From contig JACPUC010000014.1 of NCBI GenBank assembly GCA_016192455.1, positions 1 through 64,000 on the forward strand: a stretch of DNA of 64,000 nucleotides, read 5' to 3'. The DNA comes from Candidatus Tectimicrobiota bacterium (lineage in GTDB: Bacteria; JACPUC01). Of this stretch, positions 1 to 8,461 are shown one piece after another. The translations under genes were made by a program, and so were the position numbers. The notes beneath the pieces are model-generated. The model was not told the origin of the DNA. It made no database searches and saw nothing but the letters and a program-made list of their open reading frames with translations. Numbering within the stretch: the first letter of the stretch is position 1; each line of letters starts with the position of its first letter.

Positions 1-30
1 AGGGTTGGTGGTGCGGAACTTGCGTGGCAT
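1..30 (-). CDS. Possible 5' end of a CDS running off the window (MPRKFRTTNP...)
   Basis: ATG at 30 on the minus strand preceded by G-rich GGGGG; only 10 codons are visible. Confidence 0.3.
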   Translation of the reverse strand, partial: MPRKFRTTNP

Positions 31-99
31 AACACCCCCACCAGCAAACAGCGGAACAGGGCCGGCACCCCGCCGGTTGCGAACACCTCACAGTCTACC

Positions 100-135
100 A
101 AAAACCAGACGCCTGCGGGGGTTTCTCCGACAGGC
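100..135 (-). terminator. Possible intrinsic terminator
   Basis: Minus strand GCCTG-TCGG...CCG-CAGGC hairpin followed by GTCTGGTTTTT, just after the stop at 138. Confidence 0.35.
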
Positions 136-137
136 TC

Positions 138-1844
138 CTAGCGCGGCGGCCAAGCGGGCAGCGGTCTCCCCCGCAGGCGAGCGGCCCGCTCCGCCTCGAG
201 GCGGCGCCGCTCCTCCTCGGGCGTGACGATGAGGCGTCTGCCCTGCTCCTCCTCGCGCTCCTCTTCCAGGCGATCAAGAAGCCCTTCGAGGGCGGCCTGC
301 GCGAAGGGGTGGGCCGCCGGGCGAAACGGCTCCTCGGCAAAGGCCAGGGCTGCCGCCACCGCGCTCCTGGCATCCTCCTCGCGCCCCTCCAGCCAGAGGT
401 CGAAGGCGACGGCTTCGAGACGGCGCTTGAAGAGCTGCCGCGTCGGCTCATCATAGAGCTCCTTGGCGGCCTCTTCTTCGAAGGAGCTGAGCTGCTCCCG
501 CTCGCGAGCCCCCGGCAGGATGATGCGCCGCTCGTCGAGGACGCGGTGCCGCGTGCTCAGGCTTCTCAGGCGCCCCTCATCCGGAAACCAGGAAGCCGCC
601 TGCAGCGCCGCGACAAGCTCGCCGCTGCGCGACAGGAACCACGGATTGGCTCGGATCTCCTCCACATCGACGAAGCTGTAGATGACCGGCCCGCTGACCT
701 CGCCCCGCACCTGGTCCATCTCGGCACGACGCATCACGAAGTCCTGCGGCGCAGGCTCGCCCCTCTCATGGTTCAGGGCGTACGCCTCGTCGATGAGGCA
801 GCAGGCGTACGCTGGCTCCAGGTCATGGAGGGGCAGGGGCGACTGCTCGCGCATGGCCTCGCGCATCTCGCGCGCGCGCTTCCGCGTCGTCTCGACCGTC
901 TCGAACCTCGCAATCCCCTTCACATCATTGAGGAGAAAGTACCAACAGGTGACGTGGGTGAGGCGAAACGGCAGGAAGAGCCAGAGGACGCGGAACCCCT
1001 GGACATCGCCGCGACTCAACAGCGCCGGAAGCACCTGCGGGCGTTCGAGCCGGAAGAGGCGTTCCTCCCCCTCGGTCTCGGCAACCTCGACGGCATAGCC
1101 ACGGTCGCGCAGCCGGTGCACCGCGGTGCGGACCGCCTTGCTCGTCGGCTTATCGGTGGCGGGCACGGCCGCCACCAGGAGGCCGGCGAACTCCGCCGCG
1201 GCTGGACTGTCGGCGTGCTGCAGCCACTGGGCGAGGTCATCCGCGAGGGCGCCATCGTCGCCCGCAAGCGCCAGGACCACCCCGCGGCACGCCTCCGGCG
1301 AGCGCTCCACGATCTCCTCGTAGGCGCCGTACCGGAAGGCGCGCGGCAAGCCGCGCAGGCGTCGGGCCAGTTCCGGCAGGAGTGCGTCATCCACTCTGCC
1401 TTGGGTCGCGCGCGACGCCTGGCTCGCCACCGTTGCCACGACCGCCTCCGCCTGCTCCAACCAGGCCGCGATGCGATCCCGACTCTCCTTTGCCGGCGCC
1501 GGCCACACCGCCAACGCCTGCCGAATCGTCTCCAAGGAGAGCAGCTTGTCGCGCAGGGTCCGCTCCAGGTGCCGGCTCAGCTCTTCATCCTCGGCTGCCG
1601 CCACCACGGCAACCAGGCGCACGAACCCCTGCCGCGTGCTGCGGGCCAGGCGTCGCTCAAGCGCGGGCGCGAGCTGCGCCCACTCCTTGCGCAGCTCCTG
1701 GAACTCGGCAAGCTCACGCACCGCGACGGGCCCGGCCGCCCCTTCCAGCGTCTCGAGCAGCGCTCCCAGCCGCCCGCCGCCGGCCGGAGCCTGCGCCGCC
1801 CCAGCCGCGCCCGCGCGTCGTTTGCGGTCCTTCTTCTTCACCAT
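138..1844 (-). CDS. Hypothetical protein (~568 aa, helix-rich, charged)
   Basis: Long ORF with natural protein composition, co-oriented with cobO; start taken at MVKKKDR; no catalytic motif recognised. Confidence 0.75.
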   Translation of the reverse strand: MVKKKDRKRRAGAAGAAQAPAGGGRLGALLETLEGAAGPVAVRELAEFQELRKEWAQLAPALERRLARSTRQGFVRLVAVVAAAEDEELSRHLERTLRDKLLSLETIRQALAVWPAPAKESRDRIAAWLEQAEAVVATVASQASRATQGRVDDALLPELARRLRGLPRAFRYGAYEEIVERSPEACRGVVLALAGDDGALADDLAQWLQHADSPAAAEFAGLLVAAVPATDKPTSKAVRTAVHRLRDRGYAVEVAETEGEERLFRLERPQVLPALLSRGDVQGFRVLWLFLPFRLTHVTCWYFLLNDVKGIARFETVETTRKRAREMREAMREQSPLPLHDLEPAYACCLIDEAYALNHERGEPAPQDFVMRRAEMDQVRGEVSGPVIYSFVDVEEIRANPWFLSRSGELVAALQAASWFPDEGRLRSLSTRHRVLDERRIILPGAREREQLSSFEEEAAKELYDEPTRQLFKRRLEAVAFDLWLEGREEDARSAVAAALAFAEEPFRPAAHPFAQAALEGLLDRLEEEREEEQGRRLIVTPEEERRRLEAERAARLRGRPLPAWPPR

Positions 1845-1910
1845 CGAGACATCCAGCTCATGTTCAAGAACAGGCAAACCGTTCCAGTCAACAGCGGCCC
1901 TGGTCCGCGC

Positions 1911-2483
1911 TCAGTACTCAATCCCCTTCTGCGCCAGAATCCCCTTCTGGAAGGGATGCTTGATCTCCCGCATCTCGGTCACCAGGTCGGCAATCTCGAT
2001 GATCTCCTCCTTCGCATTGCGTCCCGTGAGGATAAGATGCAGTTTCGGGTCCTTTTTCCTGAGGAAGTCCACCACCTCCTCGACGGAGATGAACCCGTAG
2101 TCCAGCACGTAGTTGATCTCATCGAAGACGACCAGGTCGTAGGCGCCCGAGAGGGCCTTCTCCTTACACATCTCCCAAGCGGCGCGGGCGGCTTTTTGAT
2201 CCTCCCCGAACTTCTTCGGCTCCCAGGTGAACCCCTTCCCCATCGGATGGATTTCGATCCCCAGCTTTTCGGCGGCGTGCAGTTCGCCGTAATCCCAGGA
2301 GCCCTTGATGAACTGCACGATGCACACCTTCATGCCGGCGCCGACGGCCCGCACCGCCGTGCCCAGCGCCGCCGTCGTCTTCCCCTTGCCGTCGCCGGTG
2401 TTGACGATGATCAGCCCGTGTCGCTTGGACTTCTTCTTTTCCGCCGGGTCGCTCCAGGCTGCCGCTTGGTGTTCCTTCGCCAT
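1911..2483 (-). CDS. cobO: Cob(I)yrinic acid a,c-diamide adenosyltransferase (CobO/BtuR)
   Basis: NTGDGKGKTTAALG P-loop, VQFIKG, DEIN, LTGRNA, ADLVTEMREIKHPF, terminal GIEY. Confidence 0.95.
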   Translation of the reverse strand: MAKEHQAAAWSDPAEKKKSKRHGLIIVNTGDGKGKTTAALGTAVRAVGAGMKVCIVQFIKGSWDYGELHAAEKLGIEIHPMGKGFTWEPKKFGEDQKAARAAWEMCKEKALSGAYDLVVFDEINYVLDYGFISVEEVVDFLRKKDPKLHLILTGRNAKEEIIEIADLVTEMREIKHPFQKGILAQKGIEY

Positions 2484-2627
2484 TGCCAGCCCTCTCTATC
2501 GAACCTGCGGAGCGCCACCCTGCCTCGTGGGGAAGACGACGCCCTCCCGCTCGCGGTCGGCGCTCTCCGCAGCCGAAACCCTTCCGAGCCTCGCCGCGCT
2601 GTGGCGGTCGCCTCTGTTTCTCTTGTA

Positions 2628-2656
2628 AGAATACTGCGTCGGGCGCGCGCACTCAA
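2628..2656 (-). promoter_or_regulatory. Putative sigma70 promoter for cobO
   Basis: Minus strand TTGAGT-N17-TATTCT. Confidence 0.45.
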
Positions 2657-2712
2657 GGCCGCCGCGCCGGCGGGGCACCTGCCACGTCCACCGCGCCCAC
2701 GCCGCGCCGGCG

Positions 2713-4179
2713 CTACTTGACGAGATCGAAGGCTTCAGGGAAATGTCGCTGGTAGAAGGCCGCGAGGTCGAGGAGCGTGCGCTCCTTGAAGTGGGGCGCC
2801 AGGAGCTGCACGCCGATCGGCAGGCCGTGGCGCGTCCGGCCCACCGGGATCGACATCCCCGGCACCCCGCCCATGCTGGCCGGCAGGGTGAAGACGTCGC
2901 AGAGGTACATCTGCAGGGGATCGTCGAACTTCTCGCCGATGGGGAAGGCCGGTATGGGGGAAACCGGGCAGATGATGGCGTCGACCTGCGCGAAGGCGCG
3001 CTCGAAATCCTGCCGGATGAGGGTGCGCACCTTCTGCGCCTTGCGGTAGTAGGCATCGTAGTAGCCGGAGCTGAGGGCGAAGGTGCCGAGCATGATGCGC
3101 CGCTTCACCTCGGAGCCGAAGCCCTCGGCGCGCGTCCTGGCGTAGAGGGAGTAGAGATCGCCGGCGCCCTGCGTGCGGTAGCCGTAGCGCACCCCGTCGT
3201 AGCGCGCCAGGTTCGAGCTGGCCTCGGAGGAGGCAACGATGTAGTAGGCCGCGATGGCGTAGTCCGTGTGCGGCAGGCTCAGCTCCACCCGCCTGCACCC
3301 CTGCTCGACGTAGAACTGGATCACCGCCTCGGTGGCGGCGCGGATATCCGCATCCATGCCTTCGATGAAGTACTCCTTCGGCACCCCGAGGCGCAGCCGC
3401 TCCACTCCGCGGCCGAGGTTGCGGGTGTAATCCTCCACCGGCAGATCGGCGGCGGTCGAGTCATGGGGATCGTGACCGCTGATGATCTGCAGGAGGGCGG
3501 CCACATCCTCCACGTGGTGCCCCAGCGGGCCGATCTGGTCGAGGGAGGAGGCGAAGGCCACCAGCCCAAAGCGCGACACGCGCCCGTACGTCGGCTTCAG
3601 GCCGACCACCCCGCACATGCCGGCCGGCTGGCGGATGGAGCCGCCCGTGTCCGAACCCAGGGCAAGCGGCACGCAGCCCGCCGCCACCGCCGCCGCGGAG
3701 CCGCCGCTCGAGCCGCCGGTGATGCGCTCGAGCGCCCAGGGGTTGTGCACCGCGCCGAAGTACGAGGTCTCCGAGGAGGACCCCATGGCGAACTCGTCCA
3801 TATTCGTCTTGCCGACAATCACCATGCCCGCCTGGCGCAGCCTCCGCACCACGGTGGAGTCGTACGGCGGCACGAAGTTCGCCAGGATGCGCGAGGCGCA
3901 GGTGGTGGGATGGCCGGCGGTGCAGATGTTGTCCTTCACCGCCACCGGCACTCCCTCCAGGATGCCCAGCTCCTCGCCGCGGGCCACCTTCGCGTCCACC
4001 GCCGCCGCGGCTTCGAGGGCTGGCTGGCGACACACCGAAATGAAGGCGTTGAGCTGGCCGTTGCGCTCCGCAATGCATTGCAGCGCCGCCTCGGCCACCT
4101 CCACGGCCCGCAGCTCCCGCGCCTGGATGGCGCGGCGAAGCTCGCTAGCTGACTTCTTGCTAAGATCAACGTGCGCCAT
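2713..4179 (-). CDS. gatA: Asp-tRNA(Asn)/Glu-tRNA(Gln) amidotransferase subunit A
   Basis: Amidase signature KDN, GGSSGGSAAAV, GSDTGGSIRQPA, plus GatA-typical SSNLARYDG, GFGSEVKRRIMLGT, YYRKAQKVRTLI, DPLQMYLCD. Confidence 0.93.
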   Translation of the reverse strand: MAHVDLSKKSASELRRAIQARELRAVEVAEAALQCIAERNGQLNAFISVCRQPALEAAAAVDAKVARGEELGILEGVPVAVKDNICTAGHPTTCASRILANFVPPYDSTVVRRLRQAGMVIVGKTNMDEFAMGSSSETSYFGAVHNPWALERITGGSSGGSAAAVAAGCVPLALGSDTGGSIRQPAGMCGVVGLKPTYGRVSRFGLVAFASSLDQIGPLGHHVEDVAALLQIISGHDPHDSTAADLPVEDYTRNLGRGVERLRLGVPKEYFIEGMDADIRAATEAVIQFYVEQGCRRVELSLPHTDYAIAAYYIVASSEASSNLARYDGVRYGYRTQGAGDLYSLYARTRAEGFGSEVKRRIMLGTFALSSGYYDAYYRKAQKVRTLIRQDFERAFAQVDAIICPVSPIPAFPIGEKFDDPLQMYLCDVFTLPASMGGVPGMSIPVGRTRHGLPIGVQLLAPHFKERTLLDLAAFYQRHFPEAFDLVK

Positions 4180-4281
4180 GGGTTTTTCAATTGCTCGGGG
4201 AGGGTTACGAGCGCGCCGGGGAGCCGCACACCACGCGAGGCGCGACGACGGTTGCCACCTTGCGGGACGAAGAGAGACCGC

Positions 4282-4310
4282 ACTTTACGGCAGCATCGCC
4301 CGGCCGGCAA
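4282..4310 (-). promoter_or_regulatory. Putative sigma70 promoter for gatA
   Basis: Minus strand TTGCCG-N17-TAAAGT about 100 bp upstream of the ATG. Confidence 0.4.
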
Positions 4311-4323
4311 CGGGCAGGCAGCC

Positions 4324-4836
4324 TCACGCCACCAGGATGCGCCGTCGCAGGGCGATGATCATGCCGAGCCAGGTGACTAGGCAGGCCGAGCCGACCGTCG
4401 CGAACCCCAGCACCTGGTAGGCATCGATGCGGCGCACGGGCTGCGAGAACGTCGCCTCGATCGCTCCCGTCGGCGCGCGGCTTTGGAAGACAAGCTGATA
4501 GACGCCGCTGGCCGGAAATTCGTAGCGCGTCTCGTAGTACCCGGTCACCCCCTGGGGTTCGGGAAGCGGCAGGCGCTGCTCGCCGCCCCCCTCGGCGCGC
4601 ACCACCAGCTCCGCCGGCAGGCCGGCCTTGTAGAGACCGCCCTGCACCGCCTGCACCTCGAAGACCAGGCGCGTGGAGCGCCCGACCAGGACGTTGCGCG
4701 GATAGGCGAGGTACTTGACGCGGTAGCCATTCGCCACCACTTCCTGCTGCCAGCGCGCCGCCGCGGCGTCGTAGTCTGGATCGTCCCAATCAACCGAAAG
4801 CCCGCCATGGTGCGCCCAGGCGGACGGCGCCGGCAT
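4324..4836 (-). CDS. Exported beta-sandwich protein with C-terminal TM anchor (YtkA/FixH-like); true start probably further upstream
   Basis: AWA-HH signal-cleavage-like site, GYYETRYEFPASGVYQLVF strand pattern, hydrophobic C-terminus followed by RRR; the hydrophobic VVLAGLLLAAFG lies in frame upstream of the ATG. Confidence 0.6.
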   Translation of the reverse strand: MPAPSAWAHHGGLSVDWDDPDYDAAAARWQQEVVANGYRVKYLAYPRNVLVGRSTRLVFEVQAVQGGLYKAGLPAELVVRAEGGGEQRLPLPEPQGVTGYYETRYEFPASGVYQLVFQSRAPTGAIEATFSQPVRRIDAYQVLGFATVGSACLVTWLGMIIALRRRILVA

Positions 4837-4933
4837 GCCGAACGCGGCTAGGAGGAGACCCGCCAGGACGACGCCCCGCCAGCCCCGGCAGCGCCGACCC
4901 GCCTGGCGCCGGAACGAGCCCCGCTCGCGCCGC

Positions 4934-5209
4934 TCAGACTCTTGAACGGGGCTTTCCCCCAGGTGGCTTGCCGGTTGTCTGCCCAGCCTTCTCTCCGGTC
5001 TTGCTGTGCAGGAAGAGCGCAAAGTTGAACTCCCGCCCGGCCGGGGTAACGCTCCACACCCCGTGGCCGGCGATTTCGAGCTGCACCGGCATGTTGCAGC
5101 GCCGGGCGCAGTCGGCGACGTAGGCGCGCAGCTCCTCGACGGTGGTCTGGCGCGGCCACTCGCCGTCAAAGGCAACCGTGGGATCGGAGCAGACGATGCG
5201 CACGTACAC
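4934..5209 (-). CDS. Small hypothetical protein (91 aa)
   Basis: GTG start with GGAGG RBS, non-biased composition, 52 bp downstream of the radical SAM gene. Confidence 0.6.
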   Translation of the reverse strand: MYVRIVCSDPTVAFDGEWPRQTTVEELRAYVADCARRCNMPVQLEIAGHGVWSVTPAGREFNFALFLHSKTGEKAGQTTGKPPGGKPRSRV

Positions 5210-5261
5210 CGCGGCGCCTCCGCGCCTCGCTTGCCGGCGCGCGACGCCTGGCGCCGCCGCC

Positions 5262-6665
5262 TCACGCCTCGCCGCGCCTTAGGGAGGGCTCGAGGAGTGG
5301 CCCGTAGGGGTCCTCGAGATGTTCGCCCACGCCCATGTCCAGGAAGGCGCCGTTCTGGTAGTAGCAGTTGCCGGGCCCCATGTTCGGCCAGCCGTGCAGC
5401 TTCGGCAGCTTGTACTTCTTCCAGGTCTGGAACCAGGCGCGGTCGATCTGGATGAAGAAGTCGAGCGGCACGAGTTTCTGCGCGTTCGGCTTGCCGAGCA
5501 CCGTCAGGGGCTCGATGCACCACTGCGGCGCCCGCGGCGTGACGCCGTGGGACATCAGGTAGTCGAAACCGGCGCTGGTCGAGGCCACGGCCTCCTCGAC
5601 GGTTGCGAAGCCGTTCGGCTCCGAGAGCTCGACGCCGATGACGAAGCTGGGGGTAATCCGCCCTTCACCGAAGACCTCGACCGACTCGCAGAGCCAGCGC
5701 AGCCACTGGTCGTAACCAACGAAGTGAGCCTTCCCCGGGCAGATGATCTGGAACAGACGCTTATCCCACACCTCGATGTTCGCGTGGTGACAGTCGACGC
5801 CGGCATCCTTGTAGGGCTGCAAGCGCTCTTTCGGTTTCGCGAAGGTCTGCAGGTGCATCGGCCAGCGATCGCCGAGGCGGCGCTTGATGGCGCGCACGAA
5901 GGGGAGGTAGAACTCGTCGTCCGCCTCGATCATCTGCCGGCGGTCGATGACCGTCCCCCCCGAAACGAGGTACATCGTCTTGCCGATCTCCTGGCTCGGC
6001 TGGTTGAGGAAGATCTCCTCCAGCACCTCCGCCACCATCTCAGGCTCCTTGCGGGTCTTGTAAGGTCGTCCCATCTGCCGCAAGGCGCGCGAGTTCGAGT
6101 TCAGGTCGCAGAACTGGCACTCCTCCTTCTCGCCCCAGAGCTGGCAGCCGCGCAGGACGGTGGTGAAGGCGCGCGTCCCCCAGCCGACCAGGCCGGCGGT
6201 CTGCGAGTAGGGGGTGCCGTCGGCGTGACTGAGGTCGTAGTAGGCCGGCAGCGGCGGAAACTCGACCTCCGCCAGCGGGGCGCCTTCGGCGGTCAGGAGC
6301 AGCCGCCCCTCCGGCGCCGTGATCTCGTACGGGGAGTGGTACTCGACCCGGGCGGAGATGAGGGTGGGCCGCAGGCTCCAGCGCCCGCCGGCGATGCGCG
6401 CCTCTTCGGGAGCCACCTTGCTCTCGTCGTGCTGCATGTCGTCGAGGCGGGTGCGGTCGTACGAGAAGATGTAGTAGGTGCGCGGCCGGGTCTGGTCCGT
6501 CTGGGCCAGGGCGGAGGGGCTGAAGCGCACCCCCATGCGCAGCACATCTTCTTTGACGATGACCTCACGAGGGACGTCCGGGTAGCGTTCAAAGCACTGC
6601 TCAAGCTCCTCCTGGCGCGGCGTGAGCTGCTCCTGGACGGTCAGCGCCGATGCCCGCAGTTCCAT
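5262..6665 (-). CDS. Radical SAM protein with atypical CX8CX2C motif (resembles the MSMEG_0568/NitD group)
   Basis: TTVLRGCQLWGEKEECQFC, SGG motif, HANIEVWD...ICPGK, SFVIGVE; ATG at 6665 with AGGGAG RBS. Confidence 0.85.
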   Translation of the reverse strand: MELRASALTVQEQLTPRQEELEQCFERYPDVPREVIVKEDVLRMGVRFSPSALAQTDQTRPRTYYIFSYDRTRLDDMQHDESKVAPEEARIAGGRWSLRPTLISARVEYHSPYEITAPEGRLLLTAEGAPLAEVEFPPLPAYYDLSHADGTPYSQTAGLVGWGTRAFTTVLRGCQLWGEKEECQFCDLNSNSRALRQMGRPYKTRKEPEMVAEVLEEIFLNQPSQEIGKTMYLVSGGTVIDRRQMIEADDEFYLPFVRAIKRRLGDRWPMHLQTFAKPKERLQPYKDAGVDCHHANIEVWDKRLFQIICPGKAHFVGYDQWLRWLCESVEVFGEGRITPSFVIGVELSEPNGFATVEEAVASTSAGFDYLMSHGVTPRAPQWCIEPLTVLGKPNAQKLVPLDFFIQIDRAWFQTWKKYKLPKLHGWPNMGPGNCYYQNGAFLDMGVGEHLEDPYGPLLEPSLRRGEA

Positions 6666-6682
6666 GGTTCGCTCCCTTCGCA

Positions 6683-6771
6683 ACGGTCCACCGCGCGCAG
6701 GCGGAAGAAGGGCTGCAACGTGTAGCCCTGTCTGCCAAGCCCACAGTCCACCGCGCGCAGGTGGAAGAAGG
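6683..6771. repeat. Two-copy 29-bp direct repeat with a 31-bp spacer (60-bp period)
   Basis: ACGGTCCACCGCGCGCAGGCGGAAGAAGG (6683-6711) versus ACAGTCCACCGCGCGCAGGTGGAAGAAGG (6743-6771), 2 mismatches. Confidence 0.85.
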
Positions 6772-6796
6772 CCCCCGGCCGCGCCGGGGTGGGCGC

Positions 6797-8461
6797 TCAC
6801 GCGCCGCTCCAGGTTTCCGTGATGACGCCGCGCTGCCGGTCGCGCTCGATCGCCGCGGCGGGGCGATCGCCGGGCGCGCCGTAGCCGCCGCCCCCCGGCG
6901 TGCGCAGCAGGATGCGGTCACCTCCCTGCAGGGAGACATCCTGCACCTTGCTGACGAGCGGTGGGCGGTACTCCTGGCCGTTGCGCAGGAACACCACCTC
7001 GGTGCCCCGGCCGGGCTCGCCGCCCCAGAGCCCGAACGGCCGATGGATACCGCGGTCACCCATGAGTGTGGCACGGGCTTGCCCGGCACGCAAGCGGATG
7101 GCGTACTCCGCCCCGAAGCCGCCGCGGAACCTGCCGTGCCCGGCGGAGTCGCAGCGCAGCCGGCTGTGTTCGAACAGCACCGGGTAGAGGTGCTCGAGGA
7201 TCTCCACCGGCTGGCTGCGCGCCGCGCCGATCTGCGGGTTCATGTGGGTCAGGCCGTCGGAGGTCGGGCCGCCGCCGCCCCCGCCGCCGGCGAAGAAGTA
7301 GCAGACGTAGCGGCGCCGCCGCCCGGGGTCGTAGCCGCCGATGAGGAGCGCATTGAGGGTTGAGGCCGAGCCGGCCGGCACCGCCCGCGGCGCGGCCTGG
7401 GCCAGCAAGCCTTCGACGACGTCCATCACCCGCATGCCCACCTCGGCGTAGCCCCCCACCGCGCAGCCGCGCTGCGGATTCACCAGGCTCCCCTCGGGAA
7501 GCGACACGCGCACCGGAACAAAGGAGCCGGCGTTCATCGGCACCTGGTGGAAGACGTGCTTGATGGCGACGTGGATGCAGGAGATGGTCACGCTCGCCGG
7601 CAGGTTCATGGGGCCCTGGGACTGCTCCGAGGAGCCCGAGAAATCGAACGCCATGTCGCTGCCCCGCACGGTCAGCGTCGCCTCGATGCGCAGGGGGCTG
7701 TTGCTCACCCCGTCGTTGTCGACGTGCTCGTGGAAGCGGTAGACGCCGTCGGGGATTGCCTCGACGCAGCCGCGCATGAGATCCTCGGCGCGGCGCTTCA
7801 GTTCGGTGACGGCGGCCAGGAAGCGCTCCGCGCCGTGGTGCGTGATGAGAAGGGTGAGGCGGCGGGCCCCGGCGTCGAGGGAGGCGAGCTGCGCCATGAG
7901 GTCGCCGTAGGCCCAGCGCGGCACCCGCACGTTCGCCAAAATCGTGCGGATGAGCGGCTCGTTGAGCTTCCCCCGGGCCATGAGCTTTACGGGGGGGACG
8001 CGCAGCCCCTCCTGGAAAATCTCGCGGGCCGCCACGCCAAACCCGCCGGGAACCGCGCCGCCGACGTCGATCCAATGCGCCGTGTTGGCCAGGAAGGCCA
8101 GGCGCGGCCCGCCCGCCGCGGCCTCGCAGAAGTACGGCGCGATGAGCTTGAAGTCCTGCAGGTGGGTGCCGGCGGTGCTGGGGTCGTTGACGATGAAGAC
8201 GTCGCCCGGCTGTATCTTCTCCGCCCAACGTTCCAGCACCATTTGCGTTGCCGCCTGCATGATGCCGATGAACATCGGCACCCCTTGGGGCCCCTGGCAG
8301 ACCACCTCGCCGCTCGCCGCCTCGTAGATGCCGTTCGCCATGTCGCAGGCTTCCGAGACCACCGGCGAGAAGGCGGCCCGGCGCAGGGTAATGTCCATCT
8401 CCTCGACGACGCGGTCGAGGCCGCCGCGCAACACCGCCAGGGTCGTGGCATCGAGACTCAC
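6797..8461 (-). CDS. Hydantoinase B / 5-oxoprolinase family protein
   Basis: RAAFSPVVSEACD, NDPSTAGTHLQD, AHWIDVGG, EIFQEGL, DSAGHGRFRGG, TPGGGGYG; GTG start overlaps the hydantoinase A stop. Confidence 0.92.
   Translation of the reverse strand: MSLDATTLAVLRGGLDRVVEEMDITLRRAAFSPVVSEACDMANGIYEAASGEVVCQGPQGVPMFIGIMQAATQMVLERWAEKIQPGDVFIVNDPSTAGTHLQDFKLIAPYFCEAAAGGPRLAFLANTAHWIDVGGAVPGGFGVAAREIFQEGLRVPPVKLMARGKLNEPLIRTILANVRVPRWAYGDLMAQLASLDAGARRLTLLITHHGAERFLAAVTELKRRAEDLMRGCVEAIPDGVYRFHEHVDNDGVSNSPLRIEATLTVRGSDMAFDFSGSSEQSQGPMNLPASVTISCIHVAIKHVFHQVPMNAGSFVPVRVSLPEGSLVNPQRGCAVGGYAEVGMRVMDVVEGLLAQAAPRAVPAGSASTLNALLIGGYDPGRRRRYVCYFFAGGGGGGGPTSDGLTHMNPQIGAARSQPVEILEHLYPVLFEHSRLRCDSAGHGRFRGGFGAEYAIRLRAGQARATLMGDRGIHRPFGLWGGEPGRGTEVVFLRNGQEYRPPLVSKVQDVSLQGGDRILLRTPGGGGYGAPGDRPAAAIERDRQRGVITETWSGA

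Noticed and set aside
309-2720. Very long antisense or alternate-frame ORFs (for example 309-2720, 25583-28696, 35274-37760, 42020-44035, 52412-54571)
   Set aside because: They shadow clearly identifiable genes on the opposite strand and have biased, motif-free translations, as expected from stop-codon scarcity at ~70% GC
6683-6771. Calling the repeat a true CRISPR array
   Set aside because: Only two copies, a palindromic spacer, no leader and no cas genes; kept as a repeat and a finding
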